DNA of 64,000 bases, from assembly GCA_041601615.1 (NCBI GenBank), contig JBFIHX010000007.1:1-64000 (forward strand). Direction: 5' to 3'. The DNA comes from Thermoplasmatota archaeon (GTDB taxonomy: Archaea > Thermoplasmatota > E2 > JACPAO01 > JAHFTW01). Shown piece after piece: positions 28,306 to 37,202 of the stretch; the first letter of the stretch is position 1; every line of letters begins with the position of its first letter. Below the pieces are notes generated by a model that saw nothing but the letters and a program-made list of their open reading frames with translations, was not told the DNA's origin and did no database searches. A program made the position numbers and the translations under genes.

Positions 28306-28614
28306 TTAATTCCAGACGAAGCAAACGGTGCGTGGTTTGCCTTGGACGTAGAGTTGGGCGCTGTTGGGGCCGGCGCACTGGCGTACTTCCACGGGTTGGT
28401 CGGCGGCTTCGGGCAGGATGACGAAGCACTTGCTGGCGGGTTGGCCGTTGATCCAGAGTTGGAAGCTTTCGTACTGGGAATGGCAGGGCCGGATTTCGAC
28501 GGGGAATGCGGCTGTGTCCAGCGCGGTTGCGGGGTTGGCGGTTGCGGCGGGTGCCATGGCGAGGGCGGTCACGAGGGTTGCGAGGAAGAGGCCGAGCAAG
28601 CGTGGTGCGTGCAT
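28306..28614 (-). CDS. Small secreted protein with two 2-Cys modules
   Basis: Signal peptide ending APAATA; PVEIRPC...C and PVEVRQC...C. Confidence 0.8.
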   Translation of the reverse strand: MHAPRLLGLFLATLVTALAMAPAATANPATALDTAAFPVEIRPCHSQYESFQLWINGQPASKCFVILPEAADQPVEVRQCAGPNSAQLYVQGKPRTVCFVWN

Positions 28615-28700
28615 GGGCCCAAAATCATCGACGGGGTCATGATGCTTGTCTCGTGGACCGTTGGTAGCCAATCCGGGCGGTTGTGTGTGGAAGCGGCGGT

Positions 28701-29885
28701 TTAGACGCCGTGGGGCAGCGGGATGCAGGCGGTCTTGAGCACGTTGAGCACGATGATTTGGACGCCGTTGTCGGGGTGGTTGCAGCGGTCATTGACGACG
28801 ACGGGTGGGCCGTTGGTGCCGATGCATGGGGTGACGGGGCTGTCGTTGACGTAGACGCGGACGCCGCGGGGGACGCAGGGGCGCACTTCCACTTCGGGCG
28901 GCGCGTCGGAGCTGGCGTCTTGAGGCGGCGGCACGAGGAAGACGCAGGGCCCGGTGGCCTTGCCGGAGAGGTACAGTTGCCAGCTTGGGTAGTGGGCGTT
29001 GCAGCGGGCGCGTAGTTCGATGGGGTTGGCGGCTTCGGTGGTGGAGCCGGGGCAGCACGGGGGGCATTCGCCGACGGTCACGAGCCGGAAGACGGTAAGT
29101 TCGTAGGTGCCGTCCGAGCAGGGCTGGGCGCGCAGCACGAGGGTGCACTCGGAGGGTGGCAGGGGTTCATTGAAGCGAAGGGCGAGGCCTCCGGGGCCTT
29201 CACAGCGCTCGACGGGCCAGGAGTGGTCGCTGCTGGTGGGTACGGAGCCGAGGGTGCCGGTGGGTTCGCAGCAGGGGCGGCAGGCGCCGGTTTGGATGTG
29301 TCCGGCCACGACGAGGTATCCGCCGCCGCCGGGGCAGTAGTACACTTCGACGAGTTTGATGCACCTGGTTGAGGCGGGACCTAGGTCGATTTGGTAAGCC
29401 AGTTCGTCGCATTGCTGGATGGGGTTCTCGAAGCCGCTCGTGGCGCGGGGCGGGTTGATGCAGCAGGGCGGGCAGTTGCCGATTCGCGTTCCGCCAAGGA
29501 CAGTCACTTCGACGTTGGAGCCGTCGGGGCAGACGAGGATGCGCACGATGCGGATGCAAGGGGTGGGCGCCAGGGGGTCGACGACCATGACTGCGAGTTC
29601 TCCGCGGCCGCCGCATGCTTCGACGGGGAAGGGGCGGTCGCTGCCATCGAGGCTCGCGGCGCCGAGTTGGACGCATTGGCCAGCGACTTGGACGCCGCCG
29701 TCGCAGTGCCAAATGATGGGTGGTTGGCAGTCCTGGACGCGGTGGCCGTTGACGTCCATGGTCATGCCTTCGCCTTCGGGACAGGGGCCTGTTTGGATGT
29801 CCAGCGGGTTGGCGGTGGCGACGGGGGTTGCCACAAGCGTGGCTGCAAGTAGGATGCTTAGGGTAAGCAAAGCGAGTGTTCGCAT
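28701..29885 (-). CDS. Secreted cysteine-rich repeat protein
   Basis: Signal peptide MRTLALLTLSILLAATLVATPVATA; repeated PVExC...C modules and three CxPCC motifs. Confidence 0.85.
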   Translation of the reverse strand: MRTLALLTLSILLAATLVATPVATANPLDIQTGPCPEGEGMTMDVNGHRVQDCQPPIIWHCDGGVQVAGQCVQLGAASLDGSDRPFPVEACGGRGELAVMVVDPLAPTPCIRIVRILVCPDGSNVEVTVLGGTRIGNCPPCCINPPRATSGFENPIQQCDELAYQIDLGPASTRCIKLVEVYYCPGGGGYLVVAGHIQTGACRPCCEPTGTLGSVPTSSDHSWPVERCEGPGGLALRFNEPLPPSECTLVLRAQPCSDGTYELTVFRLVTVGECPPCCPGSTTEAANPIELRARCNAHYPSWQLYLSGKATGPCVFLVPPPQDASSDAPPEVEVRPCVPRGVRVYVNDSPVTPCIGTNGPPVVVNDRCNHPDNGVQIIVLNVLKTACIPLPHGV

Positions 29886-30037
29886 ACGGGGACTGGAAGG
29901 CGGGCGCCGCATGAGTGTTGGCCGGCGGTTCTGGATTATCCAGACACGGATGGGTGCCTCAAGGGGGGGGGCTGGGGTCAAGTGGGCAAAGCGTGCACGA
30001 GTCTTGCTCGGCCAAGCATCGACGAGGTGCCTTGGGC

Positions 30038-30280
30038 CTAGTCGTAGCAGCGGATGATTTGGACGGCCAGCACCCAAACCGCGTTGCCGCCGCCAGCGCA
30101 GGGCTCTTCGTGGTAGATGCGGGTGTGCGGTTCGCCGCCGATGCACTCATCCACCGGCCCGGCCACCACATGCAGGCCCCAGGAGCGACATTCGCCGACC
30201 TCTACTTCGGGCCCGGCGCTGGCGACGGGGAGGGTCAGGAGTACGAAGATGGCGGCGGCCGCGAGGGCAAAAATGCGCAT
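30038..30280 (-). CDS. Small secreted protein with two 2-Cys modules
   Basis: Signal peptide ending PVASA; PEVEVGEC...C and HEEPC...C. Confidence 0.8.
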   Translation of the reverse strand: MRIFALAAAAIFVLLTLPVASAGPEVEVGECRSWGLHVVAGPVDECIGGEPHTRIYHEEPCAGGGNAVWVLAVQIIRCYD

Positions 30281-30416
30281 CAGATTGGCATGAACTAGCG
30301 GCTATTAGGTTGAGACAGGTGACAAATGGGAAACCACGCGACAATCACGGCATCGTGCGCACCGGAGGTGCCGGGAGTCAACTAGCCGTAGAACCTCGCT
30401 CGCCCCCGCCAATCCA

Positions 30417-30479
30417 CTAGGCACCCAGAAGGTGCCGTGCGATGACAAGCCGCTGAATCTCGCTCGTACCTTCGAAGAT
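30417..30479 (-). pseudogene. Duplicated 3' fragment of the acyl-CoA dehydrogenase gene
   Basis: Aligns to 30555-30617 at offset 138; IFEGTSEIQRLVIARHLLGA* vs ...LLGG*; six synonymous codon differences. Confidence 0.9.
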
Positions 30480-30485
30480 TCCAAA

Positions 30486-30553
30486 CGAAGGGCCCTCCGC
30501 GCCCTTCGCAACCCCGGGAGCGCGGCACTCGCTCCGCTCGGCCCCGCCGCTCC
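30486..30553 (-). repeat. Hairpin repeat element, divergent copy F
   Basis: Reverse complement GGAGCGGCGG..GAGC-GGA-GCGA..CCGCGCTCC-CGGGGTTG-CGAAGGGC-GCGGAGG-GCCCTTCG; the second hairpin is nearly identical to AGGGCGCGAAGGGCCCT of copies B and D. Confidence 0.7.
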
Positions 30554-30554
30554 A

Positions 30555-31700
30555 CTAACCGCCCAGTAGGTGCCGCGCAATGACAAGCCGCTGAATCTCG
30601 CTCGTACCTTCAAATATTTCGAAGATTTTGATGTCGCGCATGTACCGTTCCACGTTGTAGTCGGTTGTGTAGCCGTTGCCACCATGGATCTGTACACCCT
30701 CGATTGTGGCCTTCATCGCCATTTCGCTGGCAAACAACTTGGCGCGGCTGGCGGCGTGCGTGACGGGCTTGCCTTGGTCCTTGAGCCATGCCGCCTTGAG
30801 GTACATGTTGCGGCTTGCTTCAACATGGACGTCCATGTCCGCTAGTTTCCACTGAATCGCCTGGTTGGCCGCGATCGGCTTGCCAAATTGGTGCCGCTCC
30901 TTGGCGTACGCGATGCTGTCTTCCATGGCGGCGCGAGCGATGCCGGTGCTTCCAGCGGCGGCCATGATGCGGCCCGTGTCCAGGGTGCTCATGGCGACTT
31001 TGAAGCCGTCGCCCTCGCGCCCGAGCAAGTTTTCGGCGGGAACGTGCAAGTTCTCAAAGAAGAGTTGATTGGTGTAAGAGGCGTTGAGCCCTAGTTTGTG
31101 CTCGTTGCGGCCCACCGTGAATCCTTTGCTCTTGGTATCCACCACGAATGCCGATACGCCGCGTGCGTCCGTCGTTGCGGGGTCCGTTCGAGCAAACAGG
31201 ATGCAGGTGTCTGCCACCGCCCCGTTGCTGATGAACATCTTCTGGCCATCGATGATGTACTCGTCGCCTTCGCGCCGTGCGGTGGTTTTGAGGCTGCCCG
31301 CGTCGCTTCCCGCTTCGGGTTCCGTCAGGGCGTAGCAGCCAAGTTTCTTGCCGCTGGCAATGTCTGGAAGCCATTGCTGTTTTTGCTGCTCGTTGCCCCA
31401 GTGCAAAATCGGACTGACCGTGAGGCTGGAGCAAGCGCCGAAAATGACCGAGTGGCTAGCGCAGGCCCAAGCGAGTTCTTCGGCCACCAGTGCAAAACTG
31501 ATGTAATCCGCGCCCGGGCCGCCGTATTTTTCGGGCACCGTGATGCCCAGCAAGCCCAGTTCTCCCATGCGCTTCGTGGTCGCCTCGGGAAACGAATGCT
31601 CGCGGTCGTGCGTGCGCGCCACGGGCTTGATTTCGGTTTCGGCAAACTCGTGCACCATGTCCCGGATCATCTGCTGCGACTCGGAGAGGGCGAACTCCAT
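30555..31700 (-). CDS. Acyl-CoA dehydrogenase (short-chain/butyryl-CoA type)
   Basis: YALTEPEAGSD, GQKMFISNG, RHQFGKPI, QIHGGNGY, IFEGTSEIQRLVIAR. Confidence 0.96.
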   Translation of the reverse strand: MEFALSESQQMIRDMVHEFAETEIKPVARTHDREHSFPEATTKRMGELGLLGITVPEKYGGPGADYISFALVAEELAWACASHSVIFGACSSLTVSPILHWGNEQQKQQWLPDIASGKKLGCYALTEPEAGSDAGSLKTTARREGDEYIIDGQKMFISNGAVADTCILFARTDPATTDARGVSAFVVDTKSKGFTVGRNEHKLGLNASYTNQLFFENLHVPAENLLGREGDGFKVAMSTLDTGRIMAAAGSTGIARAAMEDSIAYAKERHQFGKPIAANQAIQWKLADMDVHVEASRNMYLKAAWLKDQGKPVTHAASRAKLFASEMAMKATIEGVQIHGGNGYTTDYNVERYMRDIKIFEIFEGTSEIQRLVIARHLLGG

Positions 31701-31843
31701 GCAGCGCTGCCATGCGGGCTCGACTTTAGAACGGCGTCGTCACGGCCCGGCGAGCACTGGGAATTCCGCGCCGTCTTAGTTTGTGCCGGCAATCGGCCAA
31801 AGTCCGCCAAAATAGGGATATACGGGAACGTCTCGGCTCAACC

Positions 31844-31984
31844 ATGGTCCTCCGAACGATTGACGCCTACTGCGCCCGCTGCAAAGACCCGACGCGGCAC
31901 GAGGTCGCCCAAAACGACCCCGGCAGCGCACTTTGTTTGACGTGCGGCACCGTGCAGCCCTTGGTCTCTCCTGTGGAAGGCTAG
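31844..31984 (+). CDS. Small zinc-ribbon protein (46 aa)
   Basis: CARC...HEV...CLTCG; abuts the next gene. Confidence 0.7.
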   Translation: MVLRTIDAYCARCKDPTRHEVAQNDPGSALCLTCGTVQPLVSPVEG

Positions 31985-32632
31985 ATGGGCGCACGCAGAC
32001 TCACCATTGCGGCGGTCCTTCTAGGCGCCTTCAGCCTCCTCACGGCAGTGTTTGCAGCGCCCGTGGTGCTCAATGTTGCGTTCCAACCAGACAGCACCAC
32101 CAATCTACCAGGTGGAATTCTTGTGGTGGAAATCCTCGACGGCAATCGACCGATCAGCGGAGCCAACGTCTCCATCTCCGCCGTGGATGGTTCGTGGACC
32201 GAAACGTGCAGCACGGACAGCTACGGTCTATGCGCCTTTGATCCCCTCCCCGGTGCCAAGGGAACCGTCACGGCCGGCAATGCCACTCGCGCTTTCTTCT
32301 TGCCCCAGAGCCAGTTTGGGCGCTGGGACCGCAACCTTGGCGAGGACGACGAAGGCGCACCGATTGGCCTTGGCCCCGTCGATGCGCTGCCCTCGGCCCT
32401 CGTGCTTGTGGCCAGTCTCTTCGGGTTTGCGGCTGCCATTTCCATGTGGAAGCGTGCCTCAGCTCGGCTCGCCTTGCTTGGCGTCGGCTTGAGCCTCTTG
32501 GCACACTTGTGGGTGTTCCTGCCCATGGGGTTGGCCATTGCTGGATTTGCCGGCTACGCCCTCGTCAAGGATGCGGCGCAGTTTGGAACCGTGCCGCTGG
32601 ATGACGTGGACACGGACGAGGAAGAAGAATAA
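31985..32632 (+). CDS. Membrane protein with a carboxypeptidase-regulatory-like beta domain
   Basis: N-terminal TM, RPISGANVSI...TDSYG, C-terminal TM helices. Confidence 0.75.
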   Translation: MGARRLTIAAVLLGAFSLLTAVFAAPVVLNVAFQPDSTTNLPGGILVVEILDGNRPISGANVSISAVDGSWTETCSTDSYGLCAFDPLPGAKGTVTAGNATRAFFLPQSQFGRWDRNLGEDDEGAPIGLGPVDALPSALVLVASLFGFAAAISMWKRASARLALLGVGLSLLAHLWVFLPMGLAIAGFAGYALVKDAAQFGTVPLDDVDTDEEEE

Positions 32633-32651
32633 CCATGAGCCAGCCGGCTCG

Positions 32652-33305
32652 TCAAAACCAGGCCTTCAGGGGCTCGATGAGCATTGGCCCTTGCGCGTGG
32701 CTGTCTCCAACCGCCTTGTCCACCGCGTGGCCGTCCAAAACCTCCTTGGCCGGGCGAGCCAGATCTTCCCAGCCATCAGAGCGGGTCAGCCACCTCGACG
32801 CTTCTTCGGGCTCCAGCACTACAGGCATCCGATTGTGCAGACCCGCCATGAACTGATTCGGAAGACAGGTGAGAATGCTTGCCACAGGTGCAGCCGGAGA
32901 ACCTCCCACAAGGCCGGCAAACAACAATGGCGATTCGTCCGTGCGCGTGATCCAAAATGGCGTTTTTGCGGCGCCTGATCCTGTCCATTCGTAGAAACCA
33001 GTGGCTGGAATGACGCAATGGTCGCGGCCCCAGTGCGATGCCCACATGGGACTGGTTTGCGCCGACTCGATGCGAGCATTGAACACCGGCTTGCCGCCAG
33101 GGCCCGGAAAACCCCACTTGGCGACCTCGACTTGAAGCCTGGCGCCGCCCCCTGCTCCGTCCGCCGTGGCTACGACGATGGGTTGCGTGGGTGCAATGTT
33201 GTAGCGCGACTCCACCGCGAGACCTTCTTGCGGCACGGAGCCGATGGTCCGCTCATACCAAGCACGCATCGGCCCGGAGAAGATGTACCCGAAGCGTCCG
33301 CACAT
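32652..33305 (-). CDS. SRAP / HMCES family abasic-site processing protein
   Basis: N-terminal MCGRF, RYNIAPTQ, FNARIES, PATGFYEW, HNRMPVVL. Confidence 0.95.
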   Translation of the reverse strand: MCGRFGYIFSGPMRAWYERTIGSVPQEGLAVESRYNIAPTQPIVVATADGAGGGARLQVEVAKWGFPGPGGKPVFNARIESAQTSPMWASHWGRDHCVIPATGFYEWTGSGAAKTPFWITRTDESPLLFAGLVGGSPAAPVASILTCLPNQFMAGLHNRMPVVLEPEEASRWLTRSDGWEDLARPAKEVLDGHAVDKAVGDSHAQGPMLIEPLKAWF

Positions 33306-33358
33306 GTGACGGCCATGGGCAGCGAGAGTATTGGAACCACGCGGCCCAGCATCGGCGA

Positions 33359-34321
33359 TTATGCGAAGGTGACCGCGCCGACAACGCGCTGCGGCTTGTT
33401 GTCCACATGCCACATGACTCCTTGCTCGCCGGGCGCGTACACGAGGCCCTTTTGCAAAACACCCGTCACTTGCGCATCCTGGCCCGCCGCGGGTGCCGCT
33501 TCGTCGAGGCGAACAGGAACGAACTGCATGCCCGTGCCCACATGGACAACACTACCGGCATCCAAGGGCTGCTTGCTGTACGGACTGCGGCGCAGCTGGA
33601 ATGTCACTTTCTCGCCGGTTTTTTTGGCCACGAGCGGCGCGTCGCTGGGTGCAAGAACCATGCCTCGATCCAGCATGTCCGCCTTGGTGTTGCGAAGAGC
33701 AAGCCCCACGCGGTCGCCGGGGACAGCTTGGGGCACGTCCACGTCGTGGCACTGAATGCTGCGCACCGGGCAAATCACCTTGTCGGGCCAGGCGTACAAA
33801 GTGTCGCCCTTGTGCAGCGTGCCCTTCTTGACGACTCCGAGAATCACGGCGCCGACACCTTTGACATCGAAATGGTGGTCGATCGGCACAACCACCGCAG
33901 CGTCAGTCTCGGTGCGCTCTGGCGCTTCGGCCAAATGGGCACGAACGCGAGGCCAGTCTTCCTCAGTCAGCAAGAGCCACGATTCGAGGTGGGTGCCCTT
34001 GAGAAGCGGCGCCACTTGCTCGGGTTGAAGGTAGTCTTGGAGCACAATCACGCCGTGTTTGATGCCGGCAGCGTCGGCGGCAAGAATCTGTTCGCCCATG
34101 GCCGCATCCATTTTCGGAATGACCAGAACCGCCGCGTCAACGCCCGTTACGGTGTAGCTCAGGCACTTGAGTTGGTCCGGGTAGCGCGCCGGCACGAGCA
34201 CCGTAACGTCGCGGCCGGCCTCCTTGAAGTCGTGCAAATGAATGTCGCTCTGGGTCCCTACCTTGCCGAGTTCACGGCGGGCTTCCAGGTTGCCTAGCAA
34301 TGCAACGGTGAGACCGGGCAC
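33359..34321 (-). CDS. Archaeal SelB-like / EF-Tu domain II-III protein lacking a canonical P-loop
   Basis: LGKVGTQSDI, VPIDHHFDVKGVGAVILG, VRSIQCHD, GDRVGLAL; GTG start chosen. Confidence 0.85.
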   Translation of the reverse strand: MPGLTVALLGNLEARRELGKVGTQSDIHLHDFKEAGRDVTVLVPARYPDQLKCLSYTVTGVDAAVLVIPKMDAAMGEQILAADAAGIKHGVIVLQDYLQPEQVAPLLKGTHLESWLLLTEEDWPRVRAHLAEAPERTETDAAVVVPIDHHFDVKGVGAVILGVVKKGTLHKGDTLYAWPDKVICPVRSIQCHDVDVPQAVPGDRVGLALRNTKADMLDRGMVLAPSDAPLVAKKTGEKVTFQLRRSPYSKQPLDAGSVVHVGTGMQFVPVRLDEAAPAAGQDAQVTGVLQKGLVYAPGEQGVMWHVDNKPQRVVGAVTFA

Positions 34322-34373
34322 GGGCGCGCCACCGGGGCCGGATACATATTCGTTGGCAGGGCCGTGGCTCCGG

Positions 34374-35222
34374 CTAGCCTTGGGCTCCGTAGGCGCGCCA
34401 GACCTCATTCATGGCGTTCTGCGTATTCACGAAAAGGATGATGATGAACACCAATGCAGTCACAGCCACAAGGGCACCGAGGATGGGAATCCCGCTGATG
34501 ATGGCACTACAGTAGTAGAAAATCAGGAAAAACAACATCGTCCCCGCGGCAATGGGCGTGCGCCCGATGCGAGTCTGGGCCTGTGCCGTAGTTTTCCAGA
34601 GCCGGTCCATCCCGATGATGTGCAGGATGGCGGCCACGAGTTGGATGATGCCTCCGATCGCGATGATCACAAGAGCCGCCAACACTTGCGTGATGAATTC
34701 CTCCATTTGCTCGTCCGAAAGATCGGAGCCTTCGGATTCCATGACCAAATCAAGATAGGGAACAAACGCCATCAGGCCACCAATGAAGAGGATGACGCTC
34801 GCGACGGCCCCCAGAATGACATAGAGGCGCAAGGGTTTGCCCACATTCGCATCCTCCTGGAAGGCGTCCATTTCCGCGCCTGCTTTCCAGTGCCACACGA
34901 GGCCGTAGATGCCGAAGGTGACGACATACAGCAGAAAATTGATGCCGGGGCTACGAATCTTTCCCGGTTTCGCGCCCGACGCCGATCCAGTCATGGCGGC
35001 AGCAGGCGCTTGCGGCGCACCATAGGGATTGTGTTCGGGTGAAAGGCCGCCCGATGGCCAGGGATTCGGTGCCTGTGCTCCTGCGGGAGGCGCTGCAGGG
35101 ATGGCCGAATCGGTGGGTGCACGTCCTGCCGGCGCTCCGAATCCACATTGGAAACACTCTGGCGGTTCGCCTGCGGCAATTTCGACGACGGTGGAACAAC
35201 GGGGGCAACGGACGCGAGGCAT
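34374..35222 (-). CDS. Zinc-ribbon plus DUF4234-like membrane protein
   Basis: CPRC...CFQCG; LYVVTFGIYGLVWHWKAGAEMD; QNAMNEVW. Confidence 0.8.
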   Translation of the reverse strand: MPRVRCPRCSTVVEIAAGEPPECFQCGFGAPAGRAPTDSAIPAAPPAGAQAPNPWPSGGLSPEHNPYGAPQAPAAAMTGSASGAKPGKIRSPGINFLLYVVTFGIYGLVWHWKAGAEMDAFQEDANVGKPLRLYVILGAVASVILFIGGLMAFVPYLDLVMESEGSDLSDEQMEEFITQVLAALVIIAIGGIIQLVAAILHIIGMDRLWKTTAQAQTRIGRTPIAAGTMLFFLIFYYCSAIISGIPILGALVAVTALVFIIILFVNTQNAMNEVWRAYGAQG

Positions 35223-35303
35223 AGGCATGATGGCCACGGAGCCCGTACTTTATCGGTGTGCCGAGACGCAACCGCTTATGGTCGGCGCGGCCTCGCCGGC
35301 TTC

Positions 35304-36146
35304 GTGGAAGAGCGCGTGCAGTGCGCCGAGTGCGGCAACCAGTACGATTCCAACGAGAACGCCTTCTGTCCGCGCTGCGGCTCTGTCCCGCGTGCCCGAA
35401 GCGGCGACGCTGCGGCACCCCCGGCAGCCACCTTGAGGCTGTCCCGGTTGGACCCGTCCCTAAGAAGACTGCGCGCCGCAGGCCTGGTGCTGATGATTCT
35501 TGGCTCTCTAGCCGCGCTACAATTTCTCTACGTCGTCGCGGTGGCTCCCGGCCCCGACGAGCAATTTCTGAACGACGTGTCCGATTTGGAACCGTTTGCA
35601 TCCCAGCCCGGCGGCAAGATTTCCTTGTACATCTCAGGAGGTGCCGGCAACGAATCCATTGCCGCCACCGCCCCCAATGGCACGGTCATGGCGCAAACAG
35701 CGCTCGAAAACGGCAAGGGCTGGTTCAACACCACCCTCGCGACCACATTTTCCAACATCACCATCACCGACTCGGACCACATCACCCGCGTCCTACTGCG
35801 CGTCTACTTGCCCGCCGGAAACGACCTCGATTCGACGGTGGACCTCGCAACCGTCGACTTCGAGGCCGAGCCAACCTGGCTCGTGGCCGACACCAGCACC
35901 GTAGTGCGCACCCTGGCAGGCTTTGCCACGTTCATGGCGCTCGTGGTCGTCGCGGGTGGCCTCGGAGCGTGGCGGCAACGGACCCGGGGACTTGCCCTGT
36001 TGGCAGGCTCCCTCGCGGTGTTTCCGGGCTTGCTCGTGCTGCCGTTCCAATTCCTAGCCGGAGTACTCCTGTTGCTGCCCGGTGCCATTGCCCTAGCGTT
36101 CATCATCGCTGGCCGGCGCCACTTTGTGCGCAAGGACCAGAGCTAA
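35304..36146 (+). CDS. Zinc-ribbon membrane protein with an extracytoplasmic domain
   Basis: CAECG...CPRCG, TM helix, beta-rich region, C-terminal TM helices. Confidence 0.78.
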   Translation: MEERVQCAECGNQYDSNENAFCPRCGSVPRARSGDAAAPPAATLRLSRLDPSLRRLRAAGLVLMILGSLAALQFLYVVAVAPGPDEQFLNDVSDLEPFASQPGGKISLYISGGAGNESIAATAPNGTVMAQTALENGKGWFNTTLATTFSNITITDSDHITRVLLRVYLPAGNDLDSTVDLATVDFEAEPTWLVADTSTVVRTLAGFATFMALVVVAGGLGAWRQRTRGLALLAGSLAVFPGLLVLPFQFLAGVLLLLPGAIALAFIIAGRRHFVRKDQS

Positions 36147-36291
36147 CACGAACGCTCCGCCCAAGCGGGCGCAGGGGATTGGAAACCATGCTCAGACCCG
36201 GCTTAAGGCCCACTCGCTGGCCTCGGTGCGAAAGCGGACGCTGCTTCGGTGGCAGAATCAAGTTCCACTCCCGGCGAGCTTCGAACCGGTT

Positions 36292-37068
36292 TCAGGTGGC
36301 GTCCGGCGACTCCAACACTTGCTTTGGCAGCCCATGCAGAGGCGGCAAGACCTCTTTTTCACCGCATTGCGGACAAACCAAGGCCACTTCTTCATACGGA
36401 TCGGCTTGAGCATCGAAGGAGTGCTCGTTCGAGCAAGTCACATGCAGAATGCGCGTCGGAGGCCGCACGGGGCGCTTCCAAGGCAGCAACGGGGTGCTGC
36501 CGCCCAAATCCCGCACTTCTTGGCGAGCCTGGGCAACCCCCTCAAAGCCACTCATCCGCTGGCGCCAGCGGTCCTGGCGTTGGCGCTGGCGACGGTCAAA
36601 CCGGCTGCCCGTGACGTACGAATCCAAGCGAGCCGCCTCCAATTCCTTGAGAAACTCAGGATCGCTTTGGAGGCCCACATCGATATCGATGGCGTGGCTC
36701 GGGTCCGCCTTTTCCAGGGCCCAGTACTTATTGAGCCGGTCCTGACTCCAACCAATGAACGCGGCGTTGCCCAGAATCGGCACCAATCCGAAGGCGCAGA
36801 GCGCCGGCGTCGGCCCATACCCTAGGTCCGAGTCGCTCAGAACATGGTTCAATCGCGCCGCCGTCTGGCACTGCACAATGAACGGACCAATGATGGGCAG
36901 CAAAAGCAGAACCAGATTCAAGCGGTGGTTCAAACCGAGCGCCGCATGCCCGTCCACCTCTTTGTTGACCCGGTACAACCACACGCGACGCGTGACGCCC
37001 AGCGACAACAGATAGTAGACGATCCGCTTCCAGACCACTCGGTCCCGGCCCACGAACACGACGCGCAC
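36292..37068 (-). CDS. DUF4234-like membrane protein with a C-terminal zinc-ribbon-like motif
   Basis: VWLYRVNKEVD, WSQDRLNKYW; CSNEH...CPQCG. Confidence 0.75.
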   Translation of the reverse strand: MRVVFVGRDRVVWKRIVYYLLSLGVTRRVWLYRVNKEVDGHAALGLNHRLNLVLLLLPIIGPFIVQCQTAARLNHVLSDSDLGYGPTPALCAFGLVPILGNAAFIGWSQDRLNKYWALEKADPSHAIDIDVGLQSDPEFLKELEAARLDSYVTGSRFDRRQRQRQDRWRQRMSGFEGVAQARQEVRDLGGSTPLLPWKRPVRPPTRILHVTCSNEHSFDAQADPYEEVALVCPQCGEKEVLPPLHGLPKQVLESPDAT

Positions 37069-37202
37069 AAACCGCCCACGCAGCCGCCACGATATGATGT
37101 GTTCGGAGGAAGCGCATGAGCGATTGCAGCAGCGCCAGCGTCATGCGACGCTTTTTCTAGGGCTCCACAACCCTTAACACGATGTGCTCCAACCCCTGAT
37201 TC

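Noticed and set aside
30417-30617. 3'-end duplicates as DGR template/variable repeats
   Set aside because: Mismatches are not adenine-specific, they are mostly synonymous third positions, the targets are housekeeping genes and no reverse transcriptase is present.
33359-34321. Selenocysteine machinery (SelB)
   Set aside because: No GTPase P-loop, and no selD, tRNA-Sec or in-frame TGA selenoprotein was seen; it matches the SelB-like paralog found in non-Sec archaea.
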